Source: Macrostomum hystrix (taxonomy: Eukaryota; Animalia; Platyhelminthes). Taken from it: DNA of 64,000 nt. The stretch is taken from contig CATNEN010000024.1 in NCBI GenBank assembly GCA_950097015.1, forward strand, positions 4,836,001-4,900,000, written 5' to 3'. Positions 62,548 through 64,000 of the stretch are shown here, piece by piece (within the stretch, counting starts at the first letter, position 1; each line of letters starts with the position of its first letter). The notes beneath the pieces are model-generated. The model saw only the letters and a program-made list of their open reading frames with translations. It was not told the DNA's origin and ran no database searches. Position numbers and translations under genes: made by a program.

Positions 62548-63901
62548 ATGCAGCCGGTCACTACCGCTACGCGACGGCCGGCGACCACAGCGATGGCGCT
62601 GCCTGCCAGGCAGCAGCGACGCTGGCGAAAGCCGCGGACTGCGGCGGCCAACACGGTCGACGGTCCGGCGAATTCGATGTTGCTGCCGGCGTATGCGGCT
62701 CACGTGAGAGACTGTCACCTGTTAGGACTGTCACCTGTTAGGACTGTCACCTGTTAGGACTGTCACCTGTTAGGACTGTCACCTGTTAGGACTGTCACCT
62801 GTTAGGACTGTCACCTGTCAGTCAGGACTGTCACCTGTTAGGACTGTCACCTGTCAGTCAGGACTGTCACCTGTTAGGACTGTCACCTGTTAGGACTGTC
62901 GCCTGTTAGTCAGGACTGTCATCTGTTAGGACTGTCACCTGTTAGGACTGTCACCTGTTAGTCAGGACTGTCACCTGTTAGTCAGGACTGTCACCTGTTA
63001 GTCAGGATTGTCACCTGTTAGTCAGGACTGTCACCTGTTAGTCAGGATTGTCACCTGTTAGTCAGGACTGTCACCTGTTAGTTAAATTTAATTACTTGCT
63101 GACCGCTTCCGCCCTCTCAGCGAGCACAATGCCAGCGCGACTACGCCGTCCTGTGCAACCGCTTCCCGACCCTCTCGGCGGTGTCCGCCGTCTCGACTGC
63201 CGGTCCGCGTCATCGGCAATATCGACGCACTGCGGAGGCCAAACTCGGTAACCATGGCAACCAAGAGGAGCTTGGCGCAGATAGCGAGGATGCATTGTGG
63301 CCTAGCGGATTTGTCACCAGCCTTCACAGACCCACGTTTGGACAGCAGCAAGCAGCTACAGCAGTAGGTATTTCGGCAGGTGCATACCTGTTATTTGTTA
63401 CCTTCATCTGACTCAGAAATCTGAGCAATCCCACTCATTCGACAGCATCAACTCCAGCGTTATCAGCAGCGGCGCTCGCAGCACCTGCCGGCGCAGCACG
63501 GCCTCAGCCGCGGCCGCAGCCTGCCGCACTTCAGCGGCGCCGACAACACCGACGAGGACACCTTCAACGAGGTCGAAAATTTCAACGACGCCGCTTCCGC
63601 GTCGACTTCATCATCGGCTGAGGCGGACGGCGTCGGCCGTCTGCGTCGCCGACTTCGCCTGGACGCCTGGCGACTCTGCGATCTGCTTCGTCGGCGTGGC
63701 TTCGGCGACCCGCGCCAGAATCATCAGCTGGGCGACGACGCCGATGGCGGCGATGGTCGACGTCGCCAGCGACGCTCCGGTCCTCGCATTCGCGAGGTGC
63801 GCTTTCACAACCATTCCACCAGCGTCTCCGGCTGGTTCGCCAGGCGCGACCTCGGCACCGGCGTCTCCGCTGCTAGGCCGGCGACTCTCAGCGTTGCTTA
63901 G
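62548..63901 (+). CDS. Tentative spliced gene of unknown function (exon-like GC-rich blocks 62548-62703, 63121-about 63370, about 63426-63901)
   Basis: The first two blocks join in frame via donor gtgaga (62704) and acceptor ctctcag (63120). The third block is stop-free for about 158 codons but its splice junction is unresolved. No recognisable domain. Confidence 0.3.
62709..63084. repeat. 16/20-bp minisatellite
   Basis: AGGACTGTCACCTGTT with or without an AGTC insertion. Confidence 0.94.
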
Positions 63902-64000
63902 CAACCAACCAAACTTCTCGAATGACGTGACCTATAATTCTAGGACTTATTTATTTTAGAGTGTCTGAATCTGTAGTAGCAACTATATTACTTCAGTAGC

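Overview
Eukaryotic (metazoan) genomic DNA with GT-AG introns, GC-rich exons and AT-rich, minisatellite-packed introns. The style resembles a free-living flatworm such as Macrostomum, but that is inference only. The supplied ORF track is misleading here because most long ORFs are single exons or tandem-repeat artefacts. Three genes are well supported. (1) The 3' part of a neurobeachin/LRBA-type BEACH gene lies on + (19 exons reconstructed, 1670-38978, phases consistent, ending [11 protein letters not shown]). (2) An intronless mab-21 gene (16865-18055, - strand) is nested antisense in the 12.3-kb intron that splits the neurobeachin PH domain, matching the known Mab21/Nbea-Lrba nested pair. (3) A 3-exon OATP/SLCO transporter lies on + (46314-58909). 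Its first intron holds about 5.5 kb of a 23-bp minisatellite interrupted by a 5'-truncated Ty3/Gypsy element with a stop-free RT-RNaseH-integrase frame, PPT and one 199-bp LTR. The window also holds a hAT MITE, tRNA-derived SINE remnants, over 25 unrelated tandem arrays and a weak orphan gene candidate at 62.5-63.9 kb. The most interesting observations are a poly-Ala symmetric exon (or alternative first exon) in neurobeachin, an array duplication bracketing the truncated Gypsy, and a palindromic motif repeated five times in neurobeachin introns. I found no clearly new multi-gene system.
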